In this document: positions 10,401 to 19,966 of the stretch, piece by piece
How the letters are laid out: the number at the start of each line of letters is the position of its first letter
How positions within the stretch are numbered: position 1 is the stretch's first letter
Source: a virus
Lineage: Duplodnaviria; Caudoviricetes
IMG/VR virus record: IMGVR_UViG_3300048502_000142
Coordinates: 1-64,000 of that record
Strand: one strand, 5' to 3'
Length of the DNA stretch: 64,000 nt
The notes under the pieces: generated by a model
What the model was told of the DNA's origin: nothing
Seen by the model: only the letters and a program-made list of their open reading frames with translations
The model's database searches: none
Made by a program: the position numbers and the translations under genes

Positions 10401-10951
10401 GGCAAACGCTCCTCGACAATCCTGCAGATAGAAAAAAACCCGTGGTCGGTCGTAAGAACGGTGTCACCGTCTAGGCACCCCGCACTCATAATCGTGCGAC
10501 ACATAGCATCCCACGTATCCATAAACGGCAGCGGACCGGACGCGTCAGAATCGACACTTCTTACCAGTTCACCCTTCGGACGGATCGTCGAGAAGTCGTA
10601 GCCGATCCCGCCACCCTGCTGGAGCGTTAGGGCCGCCTCCTTCAGGTGCGAGAAGATCCCGTCGAGACTATCCGGGATCGTACCCATTCCATAGCAGTTC
10701 ATCATCGTAACCCGTCGCCCGGTTCCGGCGCCGGCAAGGATACGTCCGGCGGGCAGGAACTTGAAGTCGCGCAGGGCGTCCATATACATCATGGACAGAT
10801 TGCGATGCGCCGGAGTAGCGACGGGACACGCCCCCTCAGCAACCGCCCGCGCGACGCGCCACCAGGTATCCTCGATCGTCGCCTCGGGCTCGCCGCCTAC
10901 CGGAGCGTACCGGTACTTCGTGCGCCACACCCAATCCTGCGCCTTGTTCAT
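7484..10951 (-). CDS. nrdJ: Class II (adenosylcobalamin) ribonucleotide reductase with intein and C-terminal Zn ribbon
   Basis: FLPAGRILAGAG, NC, GGGIGYDFS, RRGAMM, TNPCGEQPL, IAPTGTIS, SKTIN, KGCTTYR; terminal CPKC...CKSCGYSSCG. Confidence 0.95.
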   Translation of the reverse strand: MNKAQDWVWRTKYRYAPVGGEPEATIEDTWWRVARAVAEGACPVATPAHRNLSMMYMDALRDFKFLPAGRILAGAGTGRRVTMMNCYGMGTIPDSLDGIFSHLKEAALTLQQGGGIGYDFSTIRPKGELVRSVDSDASGPLPFMDTWDAMCRTIMSAGCLDGDTVLTTDHGFFSICRIVEERLPVRVKTHLGWRKITSYFDNGVARSIRVTFEHGRSIVCTPTHRFHTINEDGAVVKKSIGEMSEGDTCLFPTRFFPGMQGSYVASDLSYVLGHYWANGHTRYRTYDDGRVVLHHVSISFANSAFGQVSIQKCQSILDDNKYLYKIVPGDGDCTIICLYNPHAENLVALAGAKPLSHEIQFPDGVDPVPFVAGYFDGGGSWQSNKKGAILGGASEGMIKRVQDILMDLGIPSRYRCESRPNGWRDMHSISISGAAWQGRFLSLFGPWLSKIRENVNRRSHSFVYPPEALKSVEWSSKLIRRRIMPGQNIGYHTFQDVFPDAELLKFGGIRIREIEEVGDRHVYDIEVEDTHSYVAEGISVSNSRRGAMMACLRADHPDIEDFIRAKREPGRLTNFNVSVLVPDAFMHAIEAGESWDLVWEGAVRKTLKARELWDLIMRSTYEYAEPGVIFVDRLNALNNINYCETLSQTNPCGEQPLPPYGACCLGSINLAALVQSPFTVSAWIDTADLRALVGTAIDFLDNVVETSGYPLEAQRQESTNKRRVGLGVTGLADALAMCGYVYGSKEALEATDTWLEAIADAAYARSAELARDRGVFPLYAPDKFNLHMLKKLSARTLSLVAAHGLRNSHVLSIAPTGTISMFAGNVSSGIEPIFSLGAERKFIEPDGSRSTMEVYDWAWEKRHTIGKRLDEAEEKRLFVTAQDLPVEAHLATLAIAQKWCDSAVSKTINLPAETSFEDFKAVYSEAYARGCKGCTTYRPSGIRGAVLTPIVEGKKPESEVGKSTLVPNPKLSVPMPEGAAPITYGVPRRPDELPGLTYKLKWPRPLPGGDSVMETIYLTVNDGPDGKPFEIFMTSSNVTHHAWWSALTRLASANLRRGDYTLVVEELLNVFDPAGGAIVKTAGSPKPMFHTSLPALVGATLRHHLGRSEGASAPLPAGATVEAVGGSACPKCEAPALVIEEGCRVCKSCGYSSCG
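9326..10477 (-). mobile_element. Intein in NrdJ (384 aa, LAGLIDADG-type)
   Basis: MSAG|CLDGDT...CTPTHRF...FVAGYFDGGG...VYDIEVEDTHSYVAEGISVSN|SRRGA; lower GC. Confidence 0.92.
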
Positions 10952-11149
10952 ATCAGATCCCCTACCGAATAGATCTCGAAACGAAATTCACCGCCGCCGC
11001 AGCTGGTCCATCCTCCAGGATCGGAGGCTACCCTCGATCGTGCCGAGCACGAAGTCCGCCCGCAGCTCGACCGACGCGTCGGGCACCCGGTAGAACCGGA
11101 CCACGTGCCGGCACAGGAACGCCTCGATCACGGCGTCGACGACGTGCTG

Positions 11150-11753
11150 GTACCCCGCGCTCGTCAGGATAACTGCCGTTTATACTATCACGAGATAACA
11201 CGTCTATCTCTAGATCTTCCCCAAACACGCCGACGCCGCGCTAGCCAAGAAGCAACTGATAGTGCGGATATGCGCGCTCGGCATCCTCGATTAGAAGATT
11301 CTGGACGTGTGCTGCCTGGTCCGCCGTGAGCGCCTCGGCCCGACCCTGCTTGTTGTCCTTCGACTGGACGCCGATGTTCTCCGGCTCGGGGATGTAGAAC
11401 TCCTTGTCGAGGATCGAGTAGCGCGCCGACGGCTCGTTCACGTTCGCCGTGCGGTGGCGGATCCACTGCCGGGCGACAAAGATCGGCATCTTCACGTAGA
11501 GCTGGATCTCGCACGACTCGAACGGTGTCGTATGCCGGTGCCGCATGAGGTAATGGATAAGCGACGCGTCGTCGCTAACGGCCCTAGTGCCGCGCTAGTA
11601 GGAGACGCGGGCCGAGCGGACGATCGCCTCGTCGTTCCCCATGTAGTCGACGACCGCGAGCGCGCCGTGATCGAGGATCGGGAACTCCCTCCCGATTAGC
11701 GGCTCGATGCCAGCCGACACCGGCCGGAACGTCGTAACAGGCAACTCGTCCAT
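11150..11753 (-). pseudogene. thyX: Flavin-dependent thymidylate synthase pseudogene
   Basis: ILDHGALAVVDYMGND..IVRSARVSY*RGT...HRHTTPFE...PIFVARQWIRHRTANVNEPSARYS; in-frame TAG at 11595-11597 and 11241-11243; C-terminal third missing. Confidence 0.85.
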
Positions 11754-11879
11754 CCTATCCTCCTTAGCAGCCCCGTCCTAGCACGTACAGCGCGCGACGG
11801 GATCCGCCGGGGTAGGCTACCCTACCCGCCGAGGCGCGGACCCCTCCAGGCACCGAAATTTCCCGGTCAGAAATCGACG

Positions 11880-13679
11880 TCACGCGACGAAGCTCCCGTC
11901 CGGACCCTTCGCGATCGTTATCACCCGATCGATACCAGCGTGCTGGAGACCCCGGTGGTCGGCGAGGAAGATCCTACGCCCGTGCATGTCCGCCCGCTCC
12001 TTGAGCAGTTCGAGGAGGTCCTCGATCCCCGCCTCACTCAACCACGCGGTCGGCTCGTCCAGGACCTCGAAGTCGTAGCGGACGCCGCTCCACCTCTGGA
12101 TAAGCGAGGCCAGCCCAAAGGAGATGCACAGGCGGATGCGCTGTCCCTCCCCACCCGACCAGGCATCAAACCGCGCCTCGCCCGCGGGTGACGCGACGGA
12201 TATCTGGACGCCCGTCTTCGTCGTCCCGCTCTTCGTCTCCGTCTCGGTTACAAACGCGATCTTCCAGCCGACGAGCCCCAGCGAGTGCGCCGCGTTCATC
12301 GTGTCGAGCCCGAGCTGGTCCATGGCGCGGCCCATGCAGAACAGCCGGACCCGCTTAAACCCCTGCCGCCAGTAGTCTAGGCGCGCGATCCTCGACGCGA
12401 GGTCCTCCTCGGCCTTCCTCTGATCGCGGAGCTTCTCGCGCAGCGACCGCCGCTGGACACGCACCGCCTCCCGACGCTCGGCGTAGGGATTCGCCTCCGC
12501 CTCGACCCGGGCGTAGAGGGCGTGTGCGGATCGGACGTCGCGCTCGGCCGCTTCTACCTTCGCGTCGAGCTTCCCCGCGGTGACCTCGTGCTCGACGCGC
12601 TCGTCGCGGACCTTCTCCCATGCGGCGCGGCGTCGCTCGACCACTCCCTCGATCTTCGCGAGACGGTCCCGGAGGGTCTCCAGGCCGCCCACCGTCTCGG
12701 ACAGGGACCTCTCGACGTCCGCACGGAGCCTCTCCCTAGCCGCGGGATCCGCCGTCGCTATGGACTGACCGCACGTAGGACACACGTCGCTCTCGTCGAA
12801 CTCCGCGAGGTCCGCCCGCAGCCGGCGCTCCTCCGCGGCGGCGACGGCGATTTCCGCGCGGGCGGTAGCCTCGCGCCTCTGCGCCTGCCGGACAAGTTCC
12901 CGCGCCTCGGTATCGTCCGGCGCACCCCGCACCGCCAAGCGATCGCGCTCGATCGACAGGACGGCGGCGACCCCCTCAGCCTCCTCGATCTCGGCCTTGG
13001 CGACCTTGCGCCGCTCCGCGCGGACGTCGTCCCAGTCCTGGACCCGCGCCAGGAGGTCGTCCGCGGACTCCAGCGCGCCGAAGGCCCCCTCCGTCCGGCC
13101 GATGTCGACCTTCAAAGAATTAAGCTCGGAGGTCGCGGACGCGAGCTTCTTCCCGGCGACCTCAGACGCACGCAGCCACACGCCCAGACCCAGCACGTCG
13201 TCGAGCAGCTCGCCGCGCTCGGGGATCGAGCGGTCCACGAAGAGGGGGACGGCCTGACCGAAAATCACGGAGGACAGGAACCGGGCGCGGTTCAATCCGA
13301 GCAGCGCGTCGATCACCTCCTGCTCGACGCGGTGCTCCGCCGTCCTGCCGTCCAGGAAGACGTGCCCCGGCGGTCCCTTGCGGAAGACGACGCGGGGTTC
13401 TCCGTCGACCCGCAACCCGACCTCGACCTCCGTCGACTTCTCACCGTGGGAGACCAGATCGCCCACCTTAAGGCCGCGGACGGACTGCCCGTGGAAGCAC
13501 CACTCGATCCCGTCCCATACACTCGATTTCCCTGCGCCGTTCGCACCCAAGCGCGGTTCCACCCGATTGTCACCGGCGAAGAGGACGAGGCCGGGAGCGC
13601 CAGACAGGTCGATCCTCACCTTCTTCCGAAACGACCGGAATCGAGTGAGGATAACGTAGTCGAGGGAGACGGTCTTCAC
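11880..13679 (-). CDS. SbcC/Rad50/gp46-like SMC ATPase
   Basis: FRSF, GANGAGKSS Walker A, Q-loop, coiled coil with CPTC hook, WSGGEGQR signature, VLDEP. Confidence 0.92.
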   Translation of the reverse strand: MKTVSLDYVILTRFRSFRKKVRIDLSGAPGLVLFAGDNRVEPRLGANGAGKSSVWDGIEWCFHGQSVRGLKVGDLVSHGEKSTEVEVGLRVDGEPRVVFRKGPPGHVFLDGRTAEHRVEQEVIDALLGLNRARFLSSVIFGQAVPLFVDRSIPERGELLDDVLGLGVWLRASEVAGKKLASATSELNSLKVDIGRTEGAFGALESADDLLARVQDWDDVRAERRKVAKAEIEEAEGVAAVLSIERDRLAVRGAPDDTEARELVRQAQRREATARAEIAVAAAEERRLRADLAEFDESDVCPTCGQSIATADPAARERLRADVERSLSETVGGLETLRDRLAKIEGVVERRRAAWEKVRDERVEHEVTAGKLDAKVEAAERDVRSAHALYARVEAEANPYAERREAVRVQRRSLREKLRDQRKAEEDLASRIARLDYWRQGFKRVRLFCMGRAMDQLGLDTMNAAHSLGLVGWKIAFVTETETKSGTTKTGVQISVASPAGEARFDAWSGGEGQRIRLCISFGLASLIQRWSGVRYDFEVLDEPTAWLSEAGIEDLLELLKERADMHGRRIFLADHRGLQHAGIDRVITIAKGPDGSFVA

Positions 13680-14032
13680 GAACCGACGTCCCCCGCCACG
13701 TACCTGCCGAACCAGGCGGAGAGTTCGTAGGCTAAGTCGTGGGTCTCGGCCTCCGTGTACTGATTGCCCATAGCCTTCTGCCGCGCGTCCGCCCGCTGAG
13801 CGTACTTCTGAGTAAGGAACTCGAACAACTTCTCGACCGTCTCGTCGGCGCGTCCGGCGACGGCCCTCCACTTCACGGTCGAGGGCGTCCCGTCGAGAAA
13901 CGCTATGTCGACGTCTCCGTCGGAGTACACCGTCAGGACGCGGACCTTCACGATTCCCCGGTAGTAGGCGTCCTCACCCTCCCGGACGCGCCCCTGTCCG
14001 ATGTCGTACGACGCCACTGCCGCACTGCTCAT
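13676..14032 (-). CDS. Hypothetical protein
   Basis: Coupled between sbcD-like and sbcC-like genes; GGAGG RBS. Confidence 0.65.
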   Translation of the reverse strand: MSSAAVASYDIGQGRVREGEDAYYRGIVKVRVLTVYSDGDVDIAFLDGTPSTVKWRAVAGRADETVEKLFEFLTQKYAQRADARQKAMGNQYTEAETHDLAYELSAWFGRYVAGDVGS

Positions 14033-15021
14033 CCGATCGCCTCCCTCAGGAGTTCGAGGCCGGTCGCGGACATCGCGTCGTCGATCTCCTCCGTCCTCGC
14101 ATACTCGGCGAGGATCACCTCGGGCGACAGCTCGGGCTCGGGAGAGCCGGACGCGGAGGGCGACGCGACGGAGGCCTCGGCCACGCAGTCGACACCGACC
14201 GCCTGCGCCCACTCCGCGATCTCGCGCTCGATCCCGCCCCACCGCGCGACGTCCCCAGTCCCGAGCGACATCCGCACGCGGACCGTATCGCCGGGGTTCA
14301 CCTTCAGGTCACGCAGGTCGTCGACGGAGTCGACCTCGACCACGCGCTTGCGGACCGTCTCGATCGGGATCTCGCGGACTACGTCGAACGTATCCCCGTC
14401 GAGCAGCAGCATCCGGCACGGGAAATCGTCACCGAACTTGATCGGGTGCGGGCAGCCAACGTAGGTAACCTGGCCCTGCTTCTGGGGGACGTGGACGTCC
14501 CCGCTGTAGATCTTCATCTTCCTCGGGAAGGCGGGGAACCGCGGACCCTCCAGCGCCGTCCCGTTCTCTCCCCTCGCCCCCGTCACAGTCTGGTGGATAA
14601 AGGCCGCCCGGTAGTCTTTGAAGTCGATCTTCTCCCACGCCGAGGCGGGGTCGTCGGCGAAGGGCAGTAAGATCGAGCCGTCCTCGCAGGGGATTGGATG
14701 CACGACGTACCGAAGCCATCCGGGCATGCTGTTGAGGAACTCGAAAAACGCCGGACCGGTAAGCGGCGTGTCGTGATTACCGCGGAGGACGTCGAACGGG
14801 CACAGGCAGCCTACGTCCAACAGGCTGCGCACGAGCCGGTTAACGAACTTGGACGAGAAGCGGTCCTTCTTGCCGACGAAATCACCAAGGTGGATCACAC
14901 GGGAGATACCGTGCGTCTTCACCGCCTCGACGATCCGCGAAAAGACCTCCCAGCGATACTCGTTCGCCGGGTTCTCGTCAAAATGAGTGTCCGTAACACA
15001 AAGGATCGTCACGGTTCGCAC
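14029..15021 (-). CDS. SbcD/Mre11/gp47-like metallophosphoesterase nuclease
   Basis: DTH, HLGD, GNHD, HQ and GDVH motifs. Confidence 0.92.
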   Translation of the reverse strand: MRTVTILCVTDTHFDENPANEYRWEVFSRIVEAVKTHGISRVIHLGDFVGKKDRFSSKFVNRLVRSLLDVGCLCPFDVLRGNHDTPLTGPAFFEFLNSMPGWLRYVVHPIPCEDGSILLPFADDPASAWEKIDFKDYRAAFIHQTVTGARGENGTALEGPRFPAFPRKMKIYSGDVHVPQKQGQVTYVGCPHPIKFGDDFPCRMLLLDGDTFDVVREIPIETVRKRVVEVDSVDDLRDLKVNPGDTVRVRMSLGTGDVARWGGIEREIAEWAQAVGVDCVAEASVASPSASGSPEPELSPEVILAEYARTEEIDDAMSATGLELLREAIG

Positions 15022-15485
15022 CCCTTACCGATCCCGCTGCCGGAAGCGTCGGGAAAGTCCTGCCACGAGACCCATCCTCGCGGACAGTGAAAGCCCCAGT
15101 CGCGTCGCTTAACACCAGAGATGAACAGCGACGTGACGGGAGCGCCCACGATCTCGACGCGGTGCGGCTGCTCGGCGACGCGCTCGATCCGCTCTCCCTC
15201 CCTACGCAAGATCGCCGGGCCGGACTGGAGGTGCTCCAGGTACTCACCGCGGAGAAGCCACGACACGTTGTCGGCCGGATGGTCGTGGAGGGCGCGGCCA
15301 TCGTCCGACTTCAGGAATAGGTGCAGGTAGACGTTCTGGACCGGGTTGCGCGGGACCACGAACCAGCGGAGGACCTGACGATCTCCGATCACGAGGTCGG
15401 GCTCGCGCGACGCCATCAGGGCGGCGGCCCAGTCCTGCATCGCCTTTAGGTCGCCCAGCGACGCCTGCCGATAGCTCTCGCTCAT
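15009..15485 (-). CDS. Cupin-fold phage protein
   Basis: NVYLHLFLKSDD..LHDHP...L.GEYLE...HRVE...WGF. Confidence 0.7.
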   Translation of the reverse strand: MSESYRQASLGDLKAMQDWAAALMASREPDLVIGDRQVLRWFVVPRNPVQNVYLHLFLKSDDGRALHDHPADNVSWLLRGEYLEHLQSGPAILRREGERIERVAEQPHRVEIVGAPVTSLFISGVKRRDWGFHCPRGWVSWQDFPDASGSGIGKGCEP

Positions 15486-15808
15486 AGCCCGGTCCAATCG
15501 GAGGCCGAGAAGTGATTAGCGGGAAGGGGCACGGCGCCAGAGGGCTTCGGATCCCAAAATCCGTCCATACTTCCGCCGTGCTTATCTGCGTACTCACTAG
15601 GGCTACCGGCGTAAACGCGATACTCGTTAAATAACCCAAGCGGACGAAAGACATAAACCCGCTCTAGCCACGCCACCCTCCAATCCTGAGTAACATAGTC
15701 GTAGGCCCGGACGGGGAACCATGCGAAATGGGTCCATGACGGCGAGACTACCTTTGGGTCTAGTCCCAGCCTTACCGCAACCTCTAGCCGCCGATCTACT
15801 TCGTTCAT
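15482..15808 (-). CDS. Hypothetical protein
   Basis: Coupled ORF; WFPVR...WLERV. Confidence 0.55.
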   Translation of the reverse strand: MNEVDRRLEVAVRLGLDPKVVSPSWTHFAWFPVRAYDYVTQDWRVAWLERVYVFRPLGLFNEYRVYAGSPSEYADKHGGSMDGFWDPKPSGAVPLPANHFSASDWTGL

Positions 15809-16329
15809 GTTCGCCTCGTCATCTTCAGACGCTCGAACCGCGACACATCGTCGAAGAGATATACGACGACACCGTACAGTGCGTCGCCGCGGATCGAGAT
15901 AAACGGCGATGCGGAGAATATCGGGGCACTCTCCAGGGTAATCGCGAGCGTCGGGTAGAGGTTCTGCCGCGCGATTAGCAGCGGACGCTTCGCGTACCGC
16001 GCGGCCTCCCGGCAGCAGGTCTCCCAGAACCCGGCGAGGGGCCCAGTCCCGCACACGAGGAAGCGCCCGATCCCCAGGTCGGCGTAGTGCTTGCACTCGA
16101 TAAAGGTCTTCTCGCAGAACTCGTAGGCGCCCTGCCCGACCGCGGTTACGTCCCCCGACTGGCTCAGGTTCACCTTTCCCGAGTTCATCTGGATCGTCGC
16201 GCGTCCACCAGACATCGCGCTTCTCCACAGGAGATCGTCGCGGGCGCCGGAGGAGAGCCACAGCGACAAACGCTTGCAGGTATCCCTTTCAAACTGGGAA
16301 CCTTTACTTTTTCCTCCTCCAGGCTTCAT
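15805..16329 (-). CDS. Holliday junction resolvase-like PD-(D/E)xK nuclease
   Basis: KSKGSQFER...RSAMSGG...GDV...FIECKHY. Confidence 0.75.
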   Translation of the reverse strand: MKPGGGKSKGSQFERDTCKRLSLWLSSGARDDLLWRSAMSGGRATIQMNSGKVNLSQSGDVTAVGQGAYEFCEKTFIECKHYADLGIGRFLVCGTGPLAGFWETCCREAARYAKRPLLIARQNLYPTLAITLESAPIFSASPFISIRGDALYGVVVYLFDDVSRFERLKMTRRT

Positions 16330-16387
16330 ATGACGTGCTTTCAATGCCTACAACAAATAATAGCGCCAAAAGCGCTCGGGATCGTCA

Positions 16388-16597
16388 TCAGCCACGAGCC
16401 TTCGTCCGCGACATGAACTCCTGACGGCCTTCTACCATCAGAGCGTCGACCTCGTCGAGCAGACGGGCGCGCATGGCCTTCGGCGTGCCCGCGCCAGACT
16501 CCGCCTCGACGGTCGCGGACACCTCGATCCTCTCGGACCCGAAGTTGCCGAGGTTGACCGTCCGGGAGATCGACATCTCTACCTTCGCGACCTTCAT
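16388..16597 (-). CDS. Small hypothetical protein
   Basis: SRTVNLGNFGSERIE motif; GGAGG RBS. Confidence 0.7.
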   Translation of the reverse strand: MKVAKVEMSISRTVNLGNFGSERIEVSATVEAESGAGTPKAMRARLLDEVDALMVEGRQEFMSRTKARG

Positions 16598-16908
16598 CCT
16601 TCCCTCCGATTGTCCCGCGCCAGGCACTCCGTGACGTAGCGGTCGCGCGCGAGGTGCGCACTATTGAGGGTATTGGCATGCTCAGCCGCCGCTGCCGATC
16701 CAGATGTGCCGGCCGCCTTCCAGTCGATCCCGCAGCCGACGCCCGTCGACAGATCGACGACCGTAAAGCCGGATGTGAAGCCCGCGCAGCAATCGCAGAG
16801 GAGGTCGAATACCCGGACCACGGTGTAGGGACCGCTCTCGGTCGGTTCCTCCGGATCCGCCTTATCCTGCACGATCCACTTCGGATCGTAGCCGTTCTCT
16901 CTCAGCAC
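16594..16908 (-). CDS. Hypothetical protein
   Basis: ORF filling the operon gap; start uncertain. Confidence 0.5.
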   Translation of the reverse strand: MLRENGYDPKWIVQDKADPEEPTESGPYTVVRVFDLLCDCCAGFTSGFTVVDLSTGVGCGIDWKAAGTSGSAAAAEHANTLNSAHLARDRYVTECLARDNRREG

Positions 16909-16941
16909 GTCGTCCGAGACGCGCGCGTACCACGCGAACCA

Positions 16942-18018
16942 TCAGTCCCTCCTCTTCGGCTGACGCTCGACCTTGAACCTCTCCTCGACCTCGCGCCAGA
17001 CCCGGATCACCTCGTCCCGAAGCAGGTGCTCGGCGTCAGCCGCCTCGACCCGGTGCGCTGCCGATTCCAGAGAAGAACCGTACTTATCGTTACCGATATT
17101 GTACGTCGTCGCGCCGATCCGCTGCTTCAAATATTCGAGGTTCGCCGAGACGTCGTCTATCCCGTAGTCGAACATGATCTTTACGGGAGCGGTGTGGTAC
17201 GGCTCCCAGATCGACGACTTGTAGACGTAGATGTCCGTCTCGACGCCGACGACGCGGAATTCCTCCTTGCCGCCGATCTTCAGCTTCCGCTTGATCTTCT
17301 CGGGATTGCGGCACTGGAGGCGCAGGGAGGCGTAGAAACCGGTCGCCTCGCCGCCGGGCGTCTTGTACTTCTCCGCGTACGGGTTCGTCGACCGCTCCAT
17401 GTTGTGCCGAACCTGGTTCGAGCAGACGACCAGGAACCCCTGCTTCGTGATCGTCCGGCAGGTTACGCGGAGTTGCTCGGAAAACTCCTTCGCCCGCCGC
17501 TGCCCCATCTTATCGCCGCCGTCCATCTCCATATCCGTGGAGAGCGCGGCGAGGGAGTCCGCCATGACGCCGTTGATTCTGTCGGGGTCCTTCGGCTTCC
17601 ACTCCCGAATCTCGCCGAACACCTCGGTCACGGTGTCCGGCATGGAGATCCCCGCCTTGGAGGCGTCGAAGCCGAACAGAGACGCGAACTGGCGGTTGAG
17701 CCGCGCCTCCGGATCGTTGAACTTGACCTCTCCTCCAGCTCGCTGCACGCCCCCCGCAATCTCGCAGAGCAGCACCGTTTTTCCAGCACCGCTCGGCCCG
17801 AAGATCTCGACGAGGATGCCACCCGGCAGGCCACCGCGCTCGTAGATGCCGCCGGAGATAGCGAGGTCGAGCAGCGTCGACCCCGTCGAGATCAGACCGC
17901 CCCTCGGGGGCTCCGCGGTGCGCGCCTTCGCAGCCTTGCGGCGCGCTAGGGACTCGTCGACCTGATCGGAGATCTTCTGACCAGAGCCGGCCGGATGGGA
18001 ACGCCTCGTGAACGTCAC
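16942..18018 (-). CDS. recA: RecA/UvsX recombinase
   Basis: ISTGSTLLDLAISGG, VEIFGPSGAGKT, DPE, DSLAAL, NQVR, TPGGEA.GFYASLRL. Confidence 0.93.
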   Translation of the reverse strand: MTFTRRSHPAGSGQKISDQVDESLARRKAAKARTAEPPRGGLISTGSTLLDLAISGGIYERGGLPGGILVEIFGPSGAGKTVLLCEIAGGVQRAGGEVKFNDPEARLNRQFASLFGFDASKAGISMPDTVTEVFGEIREWKPKDPDRINGVMADSLAALSTDMEMDGGDKMGQRRAKEFSEQLRVTCRTITKQGFLVVCSNQVRHNMERSTNPYAEKYKTPGGEATGFYASLRLQCRNPEKIKRKLKIGGKEEFRVVGVETDIYVYKSSIWEPYHTAPVKIMFDYGIDDVSANLEYLKQRIGATTYNIGNDKYGSSLESAAHRVEAADAEHLLRDEVIRVWREVEERFKVERQPKRRD

Positions 18019-18061
18019 AGCCTCTCGGGAAACCCCGCCTCCTCAGACTTGTTGTTCAACG

Positions 18062-19315
18062 TCACGTCGCCGCCTCCCCAGCCTCCAGGCACGGCGCCCA
18101 CACCGGACAGTTGTCGCAGTCCGTCCCGAACTTGTCGTTGTCCTTGCCGAACGCGTGACCGTGCGGGCACTCCCCGGCGGGAGCCTTCGCGGCGGAGGGC
18201 TCCTTGTCCGCCCCGCGGGCAGAGCGGGGCTCCTCCTTCGGCTTGTCGGCCTCCTTAGGCTTCTCGTCGCGCGCGGTGCGGCGAGCCGACCGGGGATCAC
18301 GCTCCTCCTCCGGCTTCTCGTCCCGATCTCGCCGACTCGACCGGGTCTCCCGCTCGGGCTCCTCCTGCGGCTCGGATCGGCGGCTGGAGCGAGTCTCGCG
18401 CTCCGGCTCGGAGCGATCCCGGGAGGTGTGCCCCTCGTGCCCTGCGGAGCGCGTGCGACGTGCGTCGCGGTCGTCGGGCTCGTCTCCCCCACCCCGGTCC
18501 GACCGCGTCTCACCGCTCCCCGGGCGACCCGCAGCGGTGCGACCGTCGGCGTCGTCCGCCGCCCCGTCGCCGACCTCGAAGAAGAGCGCCTTGATCTCCT
18601 CGTAAGTCTTGAAGTCGAGCACGTCGTCGAGGGACGTCAACTCCTCGATGTCGCGCTCGTCGTACTTGTAGTTCCGGTCCTCGAAGTCGATGCGCGACGT
18701 CTTGGCGTACGTGTTCTTCCCCATCTTCTCCTCGGAGAAGCGGATCTTCAGCGTGTAGCCATTCTCCAGGTCGGGAAACTCCTCGTAGTCCGGGTTCTCC
18801 GACAGCTCGTCGTTCAGCACATCCTGGAAGCAGAACTGGGAGATGTCCCAGATATACGGCCTGTCCTCCAGCTTCTTCTCGTCCTTCGGCTGGACGTAGT
18901 AGAGGTTGCGGTCGCGCGGCGAGAGCGCCTTGACGTCCTCGTCCTTCCAGTTCGCCCCCTCCTTGTCCAGCAGGTGCTTCCGATGCTCGCAGATCGGGCA
19001 CTTCTTGCCGACGCTCGTCGGACAGATGACCGACGCGTTGCCCGAGCCCACGTTCCGGTGGAGCTTGTAGGGGCGGCGGTACCAGAACTTGTCCTTGACC
19101 GCGATCTCGTACTCGTCGTTGCGGTCGGGGTGGCGGTCGTCCGTGACCACGTAGGGCAGGATGTCGAGCGTCACGCGCGAGCCCGGCTCCTCCTTGAACA
19201 CCTGAATGCCCTTCGGCAGGATCAGGTGCCCGTAGCTCGCACCCCGCGCCTTTTGCTGCTGGCTGTTGTGCGACACCTTGCCCCGGAAAGACCCGCGACG
19301 GCTGTCTCTCGCCAT
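18062..19315 (-). CDS. gp32-like ssDNA-binding protein with long charged C-terminal tail
   Basis: HRN...ICPTSVGKKCPICE, DLENGYTLKI; adjacent to recA. Confidence 0.75.
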   Translation of the reverse strand: MARDSRRGSFRGKVSHNSQQQKARGASYGHLILPKGIQVFKEEPGSRVTLDILPYVVTDDRHPDRNDEYEIAVKDKFWYRRPYKLHRNVGSGNASVICPTSVGKKCPICEHRKHLLDKEGANWKDEDVKALSPRDRNLYYVQPKDEKKLEDRPYIWDISQFCFQDVLNDELSENPDYEEFPDLENGYTLKIRFSEEKMGKNTYAKTSRIDFEDRNYKYDERDIEELTSLDDVLDFKTYEEIKALFFEVGDGAADDADGRTAAGRPGSGETRSDRGGGDEPDDRDARRTRSAGHEGHTSRDRSEPERETRSSRRSEPQEEPERETRSSRRDRDEKPEEERDPRSARRTARDEKPKEADKPKEEPRSARGADKEPSAAKAPAGECPHGHAFGKDNDKFGTDCDNCPVWAPCLEAGEAAT

Positions 19316-19450
19316 GATGCTATTCTCCCTTGCTCGACTTGCCGAAGTAGCGGCGAGCCGACAGCCGACCCGCCTCCGCCCACTTGCTGGCGTAATAGAT
19401 CACGAAGGGTGCGACGGGCAGCCCCACTAGTATCCAGGCCCACGCGGGCA

Positions 19451-19942
19451 TCAGGTCCGCCTCCGGATCTTGACGCCCCTCTGCGCCTCCTCGTCCTTCT
19501 GGCGGCGCATCTCCCCGAGGTCGTGGGGCACCTTCGGGCCGGCGAAGTAGCTCTGACCGTGCAGGCGCACGAGGTTCTCCAGCGCCGTCTTCCGCTGATC
19601 GAAGGCGGCGACGACTCCGGTAGCGACGTTGAACTCGTACGACGAGTCAACGTAGGCACGGTTCGCCTTGATATAGTCCGGGTGATCGGCGATGGCCGCG
19701 GTGATGCCGCCCTCGGTTATGCCGCGGGGACCGGCGACGACCCCGTGCTTCTCGGGGTCCTCGCGGATTGCCTTGTCGACGCGCGCCCGCGTGACGTCCC
19801 GTATCTCCTTCGCCATGTCGAGTTCGCGCTGGGCCTCGGCCCTCGCGCGGGTGTACTTCAGCATCAGCTTTGGCTGGTTCAGCCACTCCACGTCGAGCGC
19901 CTGCTCATCGATCTCGATCTCTTCGTCGTACGTCACGATCAC
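19451..19942 (-). CDS. UvsY-like recombination mediator (putative)
   Basis: IDEQALDVEWLNQP, ITEGGI, AFDQRKTALENLV; helical; next to SSB and RecA. Confidence 0.6.
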   Translation of the reverse strand: MIVTYDEEIEIDEQALDVEWLNQPKLMLKYTRARAEAQRELDMAKEIRDVTRARVDKAIREDPEKHGVVAGPRGITEGGITAAIADHPDYIKANRAYVDSSYEFNVATGVVAAFDQRKTALENLVRLHGQSYFAGPKVPHDLGEMRRQKDEEAQRGVKIRRRT

Positions 19943-19966
19943 CTCCGCGCACTAGGACGTTATACG

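Noticed and set aside
11241-11597. Genome-wide TAG reassignment suggested by the ambers in thyX
   Set aside because: Intact genes such as terL, dnaX and polA end at TAG at sensible positions and show no internal ambers; no suppressor tRNA seen; thyX is also truncated
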